Assembly: GCF_009914755.1 (NCBI RefSeq)
Contig: NC_060937.1
Length of the DNA: 64,000 nt
Origin: the human T2T-CHM13v2.0 reference genome, Homo sapiens
Reading direction: 5' to 3' (one strand)
How positions within the stretch are numbered: the stretch's first letter is position 1; every line of letters begins with the position of its first letter. Made by a program: the position numbers and the translations under genes. Below the pieces are notes generated by a model. The model saw nothing but the letters and a program-made list of their open reading frames with translations. It was not told where the DNA came from and did no database searches. This document shows positions 27,837-43,392 of the stretch, piece by piece.

Positions 27837-30800
27837 TGCAGTTTGGTTTTTCTAATCCTAAAGCTGATTTTCCTCCAGCATGAGACTGACAAGTTCTTCA
27901 ATTTAACATCACTTTTACTTTGAATGAAGAAACTGCCTATAAAATCAGTGGGCACCATTTGATTAAATTTGCTTTTCTAACACTTGTCCTGATAACTAAC
28001 ATTATCAGTCAAAATTACCACTGTTTGATATTTTTATTACATTTACACATTATTGCAAAACTATGTGTAATTCTCCAACATTAACAAAAGTTGAAATATG
28101 CTAAAGTCACCTTAATGTGTTACTATAGACAATAAAATCAAACATTATAAGAGTAATATTACTGATAAAAATATGGCAGCTACATAATGATTTTAAGTTC
28201 ATGGTTTTCCAATCAAATAATAAATGCCAACAATCTGCTCGAGGTTTTGTAGTTCTGTTTTTTGATTTCTAATTCAAGAGAAAAAAGTTAATTTTCTAGT
28301 TCAGAAGGGGAAAATTAATCACAGAGCAACCTCAAAAAAGATAGAGGCAATACTGTGTTATCAACACTAATGCAAGAGAGTGATAACATAGATCATACAA
28401 ACAATGGGAATATTGCAAATCATTCATTGTCAGGAGAGACTGAACCATGTGATTTATTTTGTAATTGTTTTTCTTGAGCCAATGTTAACACTGATGTGCA
28501 CTATTTGAACATATATCAACTGATAATAGAAAGAAGTAGGCCAGATGGATGTTGGGTGGCAAGAGAAAACCTGCCAAGGAGTAATGTTTCCCTAAGTAAT
28601 TAACAAAAGCTGTAGTTCAATTTTTAATAATAGAAATAAAAAAATGGTTGAGTCCAATTATCTAATTTTCAGAGGAGAAAACTGAATTCTCAAGATGCTA
28701 AGTGTAATTCTAGCAAAGTATAAATGGTTTTGAATAGACATTATTGTAGCCAAAAAGAGAGAAAATAATGTATTCTACACTTTTTAAAATGGGAAAATTT
28801 AAGTACTGATTTTAATAACCACTACTGTTTTATTTTATGTGGTAATACATTGCATAGTCACTTATAAAAATCAGAATAAGCAAGGAATTGAAACTACGTA
28901 AAAACACCAAGTTAATTGTCACTGTGAAAAGTGGTGAGAATGCCACATTTTTGATTTTATTTAGAAATTGGTTACTACAGACAGAGCAACTATCATGTGA
29001 CTTCTATACCAACCTTTATTTAAATGTCTGTATCTTCCTAAGCTTAATATATCCTGTTGCTTGGTTCTAAATTAGTTTACCAAACTGTTCATATTTTCAT
29101 AGTATTAAGAAGTGATTTACATATAGTTTTTTGGTTGGTCATATCAACCCAATAATAATTTCTAAATTAATTTTAACCAATAATATTTAATTAACAAGTG
29201 TTAATACACATTTGATTCCTGAGGTCTACATATTTTAGCAGGTTTCAATTTTGTAGTTCATTTAAATTATAGTAATTACTTGGTGATAGTTGCCTAAGCC
29301 TAAGCATCCACAGAACAGTTGGAAAGATCCTTTTAGATTTAGGCACCAGCTTGATGGTTATCACAGAAGTCTAATTGCAATTAAAATAGTATGTTTTCTG
29401 GCAATAAAGATTTATCTCCTAAAATATGTTTGTACAAGAATGTGCAGGTGAGGCATTATATGCATTATTTTTTAAAATACAAATTTTTGGCTTAAATAAA
29501 AATTTGAAATTTGGGGATGACCTTCCTATATAAACATTTATCCATATGTAAGTTAGTGTTTTAGAAATAATTGAGTTAAAAAAACATAGTCTGTCTTGGC
29601 TGTAATAGCCGAATTATGACATTTTCTTCGATGATGAAAGAAAACTAAATTTTCAGGATATGTATGTTTCTCAATTTAGGAAAACATATATATATAAAAT
29701 AAAGGTCTCTTGTTTTCAACGTTTATATCATTGCATTGGTTCCTTGAAGTACTGTGATAAATATTCATAAGAAAATGGACTTGATAAAATCAGAACCATC
29801 TGGAGGCAGAAGCCAATTAAACCAAACATTTATTCCAGCCAGAATTTAATATCTATGTTCCATATCTGTGGTAAACATGTCCTTTCAACGTACGAAGGCT
29901 AAAACATTTTTTCAAAATATCATGACTTGAAACAGCCCTTTTCAAAATGGATGCCTCTACAAGTGAAATTCCATTTTTAGAGAACCACTGTCTACTTTAG
30001 CTTGGGTTATCATTCAACATTATTCATGTGTGCCATGTTTTTAAAGTAATTTTTAATATAGCAAATATGCTAATCTCATCTAGTAAAAAAATGAAGTTTT
30101 ACTTGCTACTATATTTTATTAACACCTTTGCCTGTAGAAGGAGTGTGATTTTAAGAATGAAAAAGTACATTTCCCTCCAAATTAACCAAAGGATAAATTT
30201 AAACCTGGCATTCTTATAATTAGAGTAATAGATCTTAGAATCTTATTACCCCATTGAAAGATCAAGTCTCCAGCAGTAGTTAAAAAAAATGTGAGAGAGA
30301 GAGACTTTAAAAAATATATTTCAGGGAAATGATGACATCTATTTAAAATTGAGAGTGAACTCATATTTTTTTTAATAAGGAAATTCCAAGGAAAAAAAGT
30401 ACTGTGCTTAAAATTTAATGGAATATTTTAAACCAAAGACAATTTTTTTTATCTTAAAAAAAATTTCCTATTGTCTAATGCTGTTCCTGGATCACAGCAG
30501 TTATTTATTAGATGTGTGTTGAATAACAGAATTAATACAAAATTTAAAAAGCCTAGCTGTGTATCTGTCCGTGGATCATATGACAAGGTCTTTGGCAGCA
30601 GAAAATTTCACAGCTAAATGTCAGATACTTTTGAAAGCATGAAAATTTAAAACTATAGAATATAATTCTGGAATAAGCATTGGTATCCATTAGGGAAAAT
30701 AGAATATCGTTCAGTAGTCTAGTGATAAGTTTGGATATCATCTCATTGTTAGACTTACCTCCAAATAAGTGCTCAGCAGGCAGAAAAAGTTCTTCAGGGA

Positions 30801-30943
30801 ACCCATTCACATAGGGAAAGATGTGAAAGGTACAGTCCAGGAAATATAAATGTCTTCATAGAATAAGTAATTGTTCATTATCTGAACTGGAATTTACATG
30901 GACTTTCTAGGACAGTTACCTCTCCATTATAAAAGCTAATAGA

Positions 30944-31319
<376 letters not shown>

Positions 31320-32944
31320 TTAGCAGTATATAATAAATATATCGCTTCATACAGTATACATGTATACATACTTGATGCCATGAGAATGCTAAATATTTCA
31401 AATAAAACAATGAATCCAAATCCTTAAAGCCTGATTTTAACCATTTAAAATGTGTTTAACATTTTGCCTGATTAGGTCCATGTCTGCCTATGTGGTGGGA
31501 TTAAATAGAATTTACCAAACATGTACTATATGCCATGCTACAATCCTTGTAATAACCCTAAGAGGTCTGATATTCAAGATAATATCCACACTATGTCCCT
31601 GCCCTGTTTGGTATCCCAATGCTATAAAATGGATATCACATCTTAGCATAAAACAAGCAGAAGCCTAAAGAAAATCACACCAGTTTTCCAGGTTTTATGT
31701 GTTAGATTAAGCTTTCTAAGCACAAAGAATGAGTATTTTAATTTTAAGTTTGTTTTGTTTTAAATTCTTGTCTTATGAAACTGTCTTCTTATATAAAACT
31801 AGAACTAAACTAAAAGACCAATCCAAAACAATTGTATTGCACTGAGAGGGTGGTTAAGTTCAACAAGAAGTTACATATTTAATTTATTCAATCAAAATCA
31901 CAATAAAGCCAATTGAAATTTGACTATATCTACTTCTTATTTAGTTGATAAAGTTAATTGAACTAGTAACAAATCTCCACTACATTCTGCTCTAAATACA
32001 AATCAGTAACTTTATCGTGATGGTTTCAGCTGTTCCAACAAAAGGAAATGATTTTGGCCCCAGGATATTATCAAAAGGTATTTTTGGGGTACTACCGTAG
32101 TGTGTAATATTTTTATTTGTTGTGTCTCATTTATGTTATTATGTCACTCACATACTCAAACATTACAAACTTGTATATTGAGACATGAAAAACTTACTTA
32201 TAAAATGAATATAAGTTAAATTAAGAAAAATAGTAAAAGCTGTTGGTGATTATGCTTCTACCATGAATTCAATCAATCTCAGAAATATGATCCATATACT
32301 TTGAGGCATTTTAGCTGGTTTGATTACACCATGGATGCCATTACTTCAACAGGGATGCTTTCCAGTCTATGGAATAATTGGAAGCAAGAACCAGCAGGTT
32401 TCAAATGATTCCAGCTGTGTTAAGTACTGACTGTGAAACAGATTCTCTCTTATATGTGATTTTGTAATAGGAGTGATGGATACGGTGAAAATTCCCAGAT
32501 GGGTGGAGCTTCTGGGTAATCTATGGGGACGTAAATTCATTACAAACACTAAAAGGAACAGAATAATTTTAAAACATGACATGCAAATGAAATAGGTAAA
32601 ATACTCAAAATGAAAGACGAAGCAATTATACAAATGTGAAACAACAGGGATTAAGATCAAAAACAACATCAAATATGCTATATTGAGATACTGTTATGAA
32701 GATCAACTTTCCAAAAGTCCTAAATAATCTGAAACCAGATAGTGTTTTAACACAAAAGCAGATGAACACAGGTGAGTCGTGAAAAAGATACAATAGAAAT
32801 CAGATTCAAGAAAACAACCAAAAACAAAATCAAGAAAGCATTCACTAAATGAATGTGCAAACATCTGTCAATGGCAAGCTGGTATTCTTGGACAGGAGGT
32901 AGAAAAACAGGTAACATTTTCTGAGTGTCTGGCTATTGCGGGCC

Positions 32945-32946
<2 letters not shown>

Positions 32947-33000
<54 letters not shown>
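32947..33000. repeat. (TA)n microsatellite inside an antisense MIR remnant (~32900-33170)
   Basis: ~27 AT units; adjacent acccattttgcagacaaggaaagcaagg..aatgatgtgcccagtatcacag is MIR-like. Confidence 0.9.
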
Positions 33001-33003
<3 letters not shown>

Positions 33004-34706
33004 CTTAATCTTAGGACAACTTTATATGGATTTGGCATGATTACACCCATTTTGCAGACAAGGAAAGCAAGGACTAGTGCATTTAAATGATGTGCCCAGT
33101 ATCACAGTCTTTATGTAGTAGTTCATCAAGTCAGTTTTTGTTACTCCAAATATCAAATTAGTTCTCTAGTCTCCATTTCTTCAGTCAGAAAAAGAATTAA
33201 ATAGGCCAAATAATCCCAAAGGTCCATTGGAAACTTGAGAATGTGTAACTATTCTATAAGTTCTATTAGACACCAAGTTTATCTTTCTAAAATTAATATA
33301 GTTGCTAGACACTGCATTAATCACTATTCAGTTATTATTTTGCTTCTTTTTATAGAATTTATACTTGATTCTGGCATACTGTCTGGATGGCTCAAAAGTC
33401 TATTACGAAAACTTTAATGTGATACGGTATTTTTCTTACAAACACGTATCTCTATCAAGCACCTATGAAAGTACATATATTGATCATTATGTTTAGAAGT
33501 AATAAATCAATGATCTAAGTACTGAAAGGTTTAAATAAAAGGTTGGGGTGAAGAGGCTTGGAAGTGAAGGAATTTGATCCTGTTTGTTTAGCTCACCTCT
33601 TGCCTTCTCATTATTTCCTAATATGAAAAACCATGATATGATGGGCAGACATAATGATATGTCCAAAATTACTGAGAAAATGGGACCCACAGACATCTCT
33701 AAGTGATGGAAGAATATATTTTGAACATAAATGATGTCTTTCTTGAATGATTGTTGTAAAGATTAAATCAGTGGAAAATCTTATATATATAAAATAAAAT
33801 TTCAAGATCACTGATCTTCAGGTTGCATCAAAATTTACTGAATGCCTACTAAGTTCACTCTTTTCAGCACTGTTGTGGGTTCAGTGTTAGAAATACAAAG
33901 GTAAGTAAGACACAGTCTCTTACTTTGAGGAACTTTCTTATATTCTCTAAGATTTTCATACTTTAAGTAGTGGCATACCAGTATTTGGATTTACTGAGTT
34001 GCCATTTGAGACCAAAAGATCATCAGGAACCAGGGCCATGTGAGGAACAATCCTGAAATACGCCTGGGTTCACACAGTATCAGCTGGAGAGGATGCACAG
34101 TCCCTGCAAATAACAGATGGTCCTGCAAGAATAGTTTAAACCCTGAGGAGTGTTGCTCCCAGTATCATACAGAAGTCAATAACCCTTAGCTAAAGCAGAA
34201 TTTAATTGTCTAAAACAGAGACTTTAGGTGTCAAGAAGCTTTTACTTAATTATTAACATGCTTAAAAATCAATCAATGAATTCAACATATTTTGCTACCA
34301 CTGCATGGCAGAAAATCTTGCCATTTAAGACCAAGAATGAAAATGAGTTTATGTCATACTAAAATATCCTAAAAATTGTGTCAATTTTTACTATGGTGTA
34401 ATACAATTTTGATACCTATTTAAGTTTTAAGGCAAAAAATGATGATTTTGTATAAATTCTACCATCTCTTTTATGTTGGAAATTTGAATGGGTTGAGAAT
34501 GCATTGAAGTATTATTACTCTATATACCTAAATCTAACATTATTCCTTAACTTGGAAAAAGGCATCAGTAAGAAAAACTCAATACAAAAAATAGCAAAGG
34601 AAAATATATTATCTGAGACCATAAGTCAGAATAAATATGAATTTACTATTTCTAGCAAGAAAGGACACATCATAGATTTTATTTCACACTTTGTGGTTGT
34701 CTTAAG

Positions 34707-34710
<4 letters not shown>

Positions 34711-34754
<44 letters not shown>
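34711..34754. repeat. (TA)n microsatellite
   Basis: ~22 AT units. Confidence 0.95.
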
Positions 34755-34756
<2 letters not shown>

Positions 34757-37700
34757 ATATATATACGGAAAAGATTATGCAGAAATAATATTACATCACT
34801 TTAAAATCCATCAAGAAACTAAGAAATCAGATGTATTAACAACATACATGAATATAGTCCACCTAGTGAATGACAAGAAATGGAGCAAAGAAAAGTAGCC
34901 AGTCCAGGTGTGTTCCCAGCTGACACACAGAAGGAAGGCTATTGTGATTCTAGACATCCAATGTGAAAATCGGTTCAATGACATGAATATATGACACAGG
35001 AGGGCATCAACTCACAACTCAGAACTCACTCCATTTTGTCTCCATTTGTCATTTGCACCTTCTACAAAAAGTTTCCTGCCGAATCCTATGTAGCTGTGTA
35101 TTTGAAAGTCCTCAGCATGCAGCTGCTATCACACAGAGGCACAGATTGGTTGCATCCACCGAATCCAAAAAACCACCAGTATTTTTCTTTCCAGAAAATG
35201 TCTACTATAGAACTACTACTGTCAGCAGAAGACATTCTCCTTCTATAAAAGATACAGCTTCATTTCATAACTGCTTCTGTGTTTCCGTTCTTTTCTTTAT
35301 TGAGGTTTGTTTAATGAGGAAAAAAAAAAAACCTAATTCACTGAATTGCAGTTGCTATTGTCTTGCACAAAAACTGTTTTCTTTTCTAAATCAATCATCT
35401 ATTATGACTCTCACAGGCCCCTGTGCCTACTGTGGGCTGCATATGGATTACACACTTTTTCTAATAGGTGAAAATATAGGATTTATAAAATCATTTTAAA
35501 ATATGCATGGCTATTTGCTCCAATTTATATCTAACAGGGCTAGTCAAAGACATTAAGTATTAAAGAACTGCAAGGGATTTTACTGAACATTGTCATGAAG
35601 CTAAATATATTGAAATCCATGTATGTCTAGAACAAAATGCTGTGCTACAAATACACACCATATTTACAAATGCAGCAAAGATGAATTCTAAAAATACAGT
35701 TTGAGAAATGATTCAATAGTAATTCCTATGAGGATGGAAGCATTCACTTGGTACCCAGGCCTCTTCATTATGGTAATGCTATATAGTCTTATAGACACCT
35801 GGGGTGTTAATCTGATTTAGGTTCAGAAGAGAGTCTGCATACACAATTGAGAGTTTCTTCTTAGGAGAAATGAAGGCCAGATCATGGGCATCAGAGATAC
35901 CACAAGGAAGTACAAACAAGCCTGCATCATCTATCTTGAATAATTAGAATCATCCAACAGCAAATCAGTCCATTGTAAGGCATGTATTTGAGATTTTTAT
36001 TCTTTCAGTCACATCCAGTGTTTCTGCATTTGGAAAAAATAGGCAAGACTAATTCCCTAGGCTATAAATCACTCTAATGTGGAGGGAAATGTGTTAGCTA
36101 GTTGTATTACAAAGCCTTTACTTCATATTTAATAGGCACCTGCAATACCAGCATTATACAAAGCTCTCTACTTTGCAAATCTTTAAAACCCCACTTAATT
36201 TTCAGCACTGATTTCCTGCAATCTAAGAGCTTATGAAGGGTTCACTGTGTTCATACAGATCTATGCAAAATGTGCCAGAGCTTCCCTGTCTGTGATGGCA
36301 TTCATCTGGAGGTGAATCCCAAATTTCTATCACTGGCATGCTTATTTCCGACTAAAATAAATATTCTCAGAATGAAAGCTGAAGATTAAGAGGACAAAAA
36401 AGGAGGCAAAGTAACTAGCACTGGGAGAGATATATGCAAATATCAGCTCAATGACAATTCTTCATACCGTTTACAATAGAAGCTTAAAGATCCAAATAGT
36501 CTGCAATCCATTAGCTCCTCAATATCCTGAAAGGGATTAGAGTGTTTCTTAATCAACTGCTAACAGGCTGAAAAAGGCCCAGAGAGTGGTTATTAACAAA
36601 GCAGTGTAATACTCAAATGCAGAGATGGTTGGATAGAGAGACAAACTATAGAAGAATGTTAAAATACAAGATATTACACAAACATGATAAAATTGACCAC
36701 ATTTCCATTCTTTCCTACAGCCCACACAATTAAATATCCACATAAATTACTAAGTGGTGAAGCTGTACGTAGCAGGCTCCTTTCAAGAACAGGTAAGTTC
36801 ATTTCATATATTTTCTCAAGGATCCAGAATAATTAGTATAAAATGATAGAATCAATCAAATATTCCTCAAAGACCTTGACTGTGCTTCTATCTTTGCCAT
36901 TCTTAGCTGTACAGGTGGTCTCAAGCCCATCATTTAAAACGTGATATGTGCTTATGGCACTCTAATCAATCAAACTGTAAAAGATCAAGGGAAAATATTT
37001 TCATATGCCATTTAAATAATGAATAAATATGTAAAAACAGATCCCTAATGAATGACTTTGAGTTCTGCATTTCTTATATTTATATGCTATGCCTCAGAAA
37101 ATTCTACTGATTCTGCCACTATTCTTGTCTATCAGAGACAAACTGTCTATAGGACAAAAATATGAATGAGAAAGATTAAATATGGGTTGTTTTTCCAGTT
37201 TATTTCTGTATCACTCTTTACTGTTAAAAAAGGACAGTTGTTTAACTTATTTAGGAATTTGAAAATTTAATGAGTCTTGGCTTACAGAAGAAAAGAATAT
37301 AAATCAAAAGCAAAATGTCAATCATGGTAATAAATCTTTTTTGTTCTATGTTTCTGGTGACTGACAGCCCAATAGGTTTGTATCAAACAAAGGCAAAAAG
37401 CATGTGTTCCTTTCTAAATGAAATGTTTGACAGATTTGACAGTTTTCTTAAATAACAACCAATGAAATCTTAAAAACAGAGTACATCTCCTTATGTACAT
37501 GAGAGATCCTATTTTTACATTTGTCTTTACTTCTGTAGTATAATGTAGATTTGGGGGTCGCTGACTATGTCAAAGTCTATAAGACATTAGCATTATTACT
37601 TACGAAAGAGTCTGACTTTTATGCCTCCATGAAACTTTAGAATAAGCCTCTTCCTGACTTGCATTTCCAAATTTTCACTAATACCTGGCCTGTGATTAGA

Positions 37701-39961
37701 GTCATATTTTAATAAATCTGATATAATGGTTAGGGTCCTTATATGTAATAAATTGTGGAAAAAATATTAAATGTGAAGTTGAGTGTCAGAAAGGCCAAAC
37801 CTTTAAAAATCTGCATTAACTAATTTGTACTTTCCAACTCAGTGAAATATATAAGATATTAAATGATTTACTAATATTAAGAGAGTAATTTCTAGTTATA
37901 ATAAAGAATTATCTTCAAGAAAACACCAAACTAAATTCAAAGAAAGATTGCACCAAGGATTTTAAGTCAAAGTAGTAAACAATCCACTGGATTTCCAGTT
38001 TTGTTATGTTTTTAACTATATACAAGCTAAGAGTTCACCTTTAACAAAGTCAAACTGAGAAGTATTGTAAAAGAGCAATACAGACATCTGACTTGGCCCT
38101 GAAACCCTGTAAACACCCAGACTGGTATAGTGGGACCAAGGCTACAACTGTAACGTTCAGCATTTGGTGGATTTCTGAATTCCCCCAACCGAAAAAAAAA
38201 AATTAGAAATAAAAACAATCTAAATAAGACAACAAAAATTGTTGTGGAGATAAGATTACAGAAAACAAAATGATTTAAAGGTGTCATTTTCATACTTCAG
38301 TACTGTAGTGTAAAATTATGTAATATGAAAAAGGATGCGTTACAATGCCATATCTAATAATATAAGTATAATTTATAGATATTTTACACACATCAATATG
38401 AAAATGAAACCTTAAGGTTCAATATAAATCATAGTTAATTATGAGAAAATTTGATTTTAGATTTGAGGCTTTTCCTTAAATCTAAATTCCCTCTACTTTA
38501 CTATTTCACATATTTTAATTTAATGTATGAAATCATAAGAAGATAAATGATAGCTTGCAATTATTTAAATAATAAGAATATGTTTACACCATAAGAATGT
38601 AACATGTTATTACAAGTACAATATTTTCAAAGTAATTTCAATGACACCAAAGCCTGCCCTGTCTCACCATAGGATGACTGGTCTGAAACTAAGGAGAACA
38701 TTAATGTTCCTTGTTTCTATATCTTGAATTAATGGCAACAAAAACAAATAATAAGAGAATAGAATATTGTCACCACATATACTATTTTCTCTACGTTAAC
38801 AAATATTCAAGAATCAACAGACATGTCTATGTTTAATACAATAGTAACTTTTCATTTTTATTCTGCTTAATGTTATTAGCAATGGAAGGCCAAAATGCGT
38901 CTTGAATTTTATAGCTTAGGAATATCAAGATGGAAAGAAAAATAGTCAAATATTTATCTTACAAACCCAAATGGAAAGATAGCCAGTTTGAATGGGTGGC
39001 CTATCCTCATTTCAAAAATCTGTGTTAATATCCAAGGGCTCTGGGTATCTTCTACCTCATAAGTATGAAAACTGACTTCATGACCATAGGGCACTTAGCC
39101 AAAGAGCCATAGAAATAAAAATCACAACCGATAACATTTTAAAAACAATTTGCATTTGGGGGATCAGTTGTCACCTGTGTTCAACTGTCACTATATATAT
39201 CTATTCCAGAATTTAATAATTGAAAATATCTTAAAGATTTTGGCTAGCCTCACATTAGTTAACATTTGCCCCCTTCACTTTCAATTGCATTTTTTCCCTA
39301 GCTGTTCTAAATATCAATTCTGTGACTGCCTTCCGCATTTTACATAACATAATAACATTTCAGTAGTGGTTGTAGTAGATTATTCAAAAATGAAAAGTAA
39401 TCATAAATGTAATATAGTATCTCTAAATGGTTTGGAATAAAAGAAATTCCCTTTACACTGTAAAAATACATGTATACACTTAAGTACAGCACGCATACAC
39501 ATTTTCAGTGTATACATTCCTCAATATATAGAAAAATATATGTGAGTAAATACTCTAGATTGTGAAAAGTCAGGATATTTAAAGCTCTAAAATGAGTATT
39601 TCCTTTAGAAAATTAAATGACAGTTTACCCAGAACCAATGTCTAGTGCAACTCTTACAGACTGTTTTACTACTTGAAGAAGTTGTCAAATGTAAATGGGT
39701 GACTATTTCTTTTACTTTAACATTTTCATTTATCTTCCCTCTTCCCACCCCCAAAAAACCACACAGGGGCCAAGAAATTAATTCCCTAAATGCTGTCAAC
39801 TGGGTTGGGAAACAGCAATAAACAGCTTACTGTAAAGCCTCCAGCTACAATAAAACAGCTGTCAATAAGTGGGCTGAGAGTTGGGCTGTGCAAAAACAGG
39901 TTCTCTGGATATGATAATACGAGAGGGAAAGAGGCTGACACTTCCTGTTTCAATATGCTAA

Positions 39962-40147
39962 GGTAGTGGTTCTCAAAGTGTGGGCCCTGGACTAGCAGCA
40001 TCAGTACCACCTAGGAACTTGTTAGCAATGTATATTTTCAGTCTTGACCTCAGTGGTACGAAATCAGAGCCTCTGGGGTAGAACCCAACAATCCATGTTT
40101 TAAGTAGTGCTCCAAATGATTCCCAGACATTCCACAGGGAGAATCAG
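39962..40147. mobile_element. MER5A
   Basis: agtggttctcaaagtgtgggccctggactagcagcatcagtaccacctaggaacttgttag. Confidence 0.85.
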
Positions 40148-42477
40148 TATCATATTTTAAAACAATATCTGTCAACAAGACCATTTTTCTTTTAGGCAAA
40201 TATACCAATGAATTTTATCATTTAAAGCCTTGTTGGAATGGATAATGTTGTCGTTTTCATCCTCTTCACCTTTTGGCTGTAAACTTTGTTGTTTTTTTTT
40301 TTTTTTTACAAATAATTACCGAGACATGACCTTTTGCCAAAAAAAAAAAAGTAAATTCTTAACCTATAAAGGCTAATCGCACTTCCAAAAATTTGTAAGA
40401 AATAATCTGTGAAAAATTTAGTGACACATGAAAGCTTTATAAAATAGAGTGAATGAGGAATATGATTTACAGTGTTTCCTATGTTCTTTGCAGGTTAACA
40501 CAAGGGAAAACAGCAAGGGGAAAAATATCAGACAATATAGGAATTGATGTACCACAAACAAATTCATGATGAAAACATCAGACGTTATGTTTTCGTTATA
40601 CATACAGTATAAATGAGTGAAATTTAAGTTTGGTAAGCTTTTAACCAAGAATCTTGCATTTTACCCACATATCAATTAATAGCATAAAATGAAAAGATGG
40701 TGTGAGCAATAGTCGTCACACAACTAAAATCTTCACAGATTGTATTTTTTTAAATAAATTCCTTTGAAAGTTTTTGTAGCAAGAAATGTTACTCTTTCAA
40801 AATTGTGTAGCTTCAGGAGCACATTTTATATAAAAGCCACTAGTTAAAAAAGTTTTTACTTTTTAGCTTAACTAGAACATCTGCAGATAGCAATCATACA
40901 GTTCAGTGAAAACAAATTTTTAAAGAGTAGTATATATTTGATGTCGTTCATTCATAGGAAATATGCTTCTTTTATCCAAAAAAATGTACATATTACTTTG
41001 TATATCACTACCACTTCTCCACCGACTTCTATCTCTTTTCTCCAACATCACACTATTTCTTTTTCAGCATGAAAACTTTTAAAAGGTGTAAGCAAAGCCA
41101 TTTTAATAGCTCTTTATCATAAGAGTGAATTACCTAGTTCCATATGAACATTGGAATACCCATAGGAGAACTGCAAAGTGACACATGGTCACAAGAAATT
41201 TCTAAAACGCACTTTAGTTCCAGTTAGAGAATTACTCAGTATCCTATTTGAAAGATTACATCATACAAAGACTTTTATGACTGACTAAGCCTCAAGAAAA
41301 GATCTCTTGCATACTTTGCTGAAATGCACTTAACATTTATGTCACTACACTATATATAGGTTCAACTTTTGGGGAGGTCAGAAAAAGTGGATCTATACAT
41401 CAATGCTAATATCACCACGTATAGACAGAAAAAAAGATGATGCTGGAAGTATATCAGTACATTTCTTTGGAAAGAAAATGTCAGATTTTACATGAAAAAG
41501 TTTAAGTCATATTAGTTTCTCAACATAATTATGCATATCATAAAATACCATGTGTATTGTGAGTAACCATAACAGAAGTAAATAATTTAAAAAATTTTCT
41601 TTCTGTTCATTAAGAGCAACTTTTTAATCAAACTCATTTAGTTTCATAAATTACTTTTCTTATCATAGTTAACTATTTAACTTTTAAAAACCTTTACTAA
41701 GACTGAACATTTTTTAAATTTTAAAACATCAACCTCTTTTCAAATACTAACAAAGTTAACACAAAAATTAAGTCGTTCTAACTTTGACTTATATGTAATA
41801 ATCTCATAGTCTCCTTTAAAATTCTATACTGATTAAAGTCCTTTCTTCCTGTGTATTTAAGCTGTAAATATTTGTACTTTTAAAACGCTCTACTGTTTAA
41901 TATTTTACTTTAAGAATGGAGATTTTAGTTGTATGGTAATATGTATTATACTTGATGTTCTGGGAGTATCTGTATGACTCATTGTCAAAATTACTCTTAT
42001 AAATATTTTATTACCATGAAGCCTTAAGTCCTTCCAGAGCAATAAATGATAGTTGGTAAGGGGGAAACTGTTTCAATAAAACATCCTACTTCACCCCACC
42101 CTCAGAAAATAAAAACTCTTGATTCTCCAAAGACTAATCAATGATAACTGTTGATACTGTTCTGCAAATTAATTTTGCTTTACTTGATTTTCTAAAATCT
42201 ATGTGTTCCTTATTTATAAACAAGTACAGATGGGCCATCACCATAGGTGAACTCCATATCGACAAAGACAGAACTAGCATTACGAAATCCTAGAAAGTTG
42301 GTGTGCTGAGAGCTAATCACAAAAGAGCAAGCGAATGAACTTAAATGCTAGTTGCTCCAGAGCAACTATCATTAAATAAAAGGTATCTTTGGCTGTACTA
42401 CCAGCTTGATCCTTCCCTCCCCCTTCTCCTTGCTACTGCGGGATTGGCACCTGGCCAGCACAAGCGACATGATACCC

Positions 42478-42496
42478 TAGTGCCATCTACAGGCTA
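42478..42496 (-). promoter_or_regulatory. CTCF core-like motif ~1 kb downstream of the exon-2 donor
   Basis: Minus strand TAGCCTGTAGATGGCACTA versus consensus TGGCCACCAGGGGGCGCTA. Confidence 0.5.
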
Positions 42497-42519
42497 TTAT
42501 CGATATTCAAATTTTGTGG

Positions 42520-42574
42520 CAACAGACAAGCACCAGTGAAATAAATTAGACAGCGCTGCATTTAAATCTTTATT
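42520..42574 (-). terminator. Candidate proximal poly(A) signal ~820 nt after the stop of the 1032-aa ORF
   Basis: AATAAA on minus (42569-42574) with downstream TTTATTTCACTGGTGCTTGTCTGTTG. Confidence 0.35.
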
Positions 42575-43392
42575 AACAAGGAATTATTAGACCTAAGAAA
42601 AACTAATTCTGGATTTGGTTGAAATATGAGTTTCTCAGCCTCTTAATCCCTCTTCATATGGCATATTTCACAGTTTAAAATGAGTTATGACAGATCACTT
42701 ATGCATTACTAAGATGAGAGAATATTTACAATGGATTCATTCTTTTCTTTTTAAATCAGTTATATTAGGCAGCAAGCATTCTTTTTTTTTTTTTTTTTGA
42801 AAGAGTATTTGGCCACTGCGGACACTAAAAATCTTTCTATTAAGTATCGAATTTAATATATTACAATAAAATAATTTGAAATCAAAGAGAAGACTTCCTA
42901 TATGGCTTAGTTGCAATCTATCAACGATCATGTGCTTCACAGCTGATGTACATTTAATATTCTACTATCCTGTTTAGAGACTAAAAAAAAAATTAACCCC
43001 TTTAGCAACCATAGCTGCAACATAATTGCAGTCACACCTTCAAAAGTCATTGAAAACTTGAGATTTGAAGGTGACTTTTTAGATCAAAAGGTAAGGTGAA
43101 AGTCTTGAAGCAGTCAATTTGGAAACCCCCAGGAGCAGAATTTGGCATATCAGGACAGGTTTTTTCTTCTTCAGCAAACATTATCTTGGGACATTTTGGA
43201 ATAATTTTCTCTTTTCATCTTTTGCCATTTGAAGGAAACTGAAAGGAAAAAATATTCTCAGAACTCAGAAATTTCAAAGCTGTTCTAAAAATTCTTGACT
43301 GAGCCCCAGAGGAATAGAAAAGGGGTCAAGTTTTTTTTTACCTCTTTCTAACTAAGCTAAAGTTAGACCAAAACAATAGACATACTGGCACG

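Noticed and set aside
40292-42798. Plus-strand T-runs (40292-40307, 42782-42798) as possible transcript ends
   Set aside because: These are genomic A-tracts in the RNA and would cause oligo-dT internal priming artefacts rather than mark true poly(A) sites.
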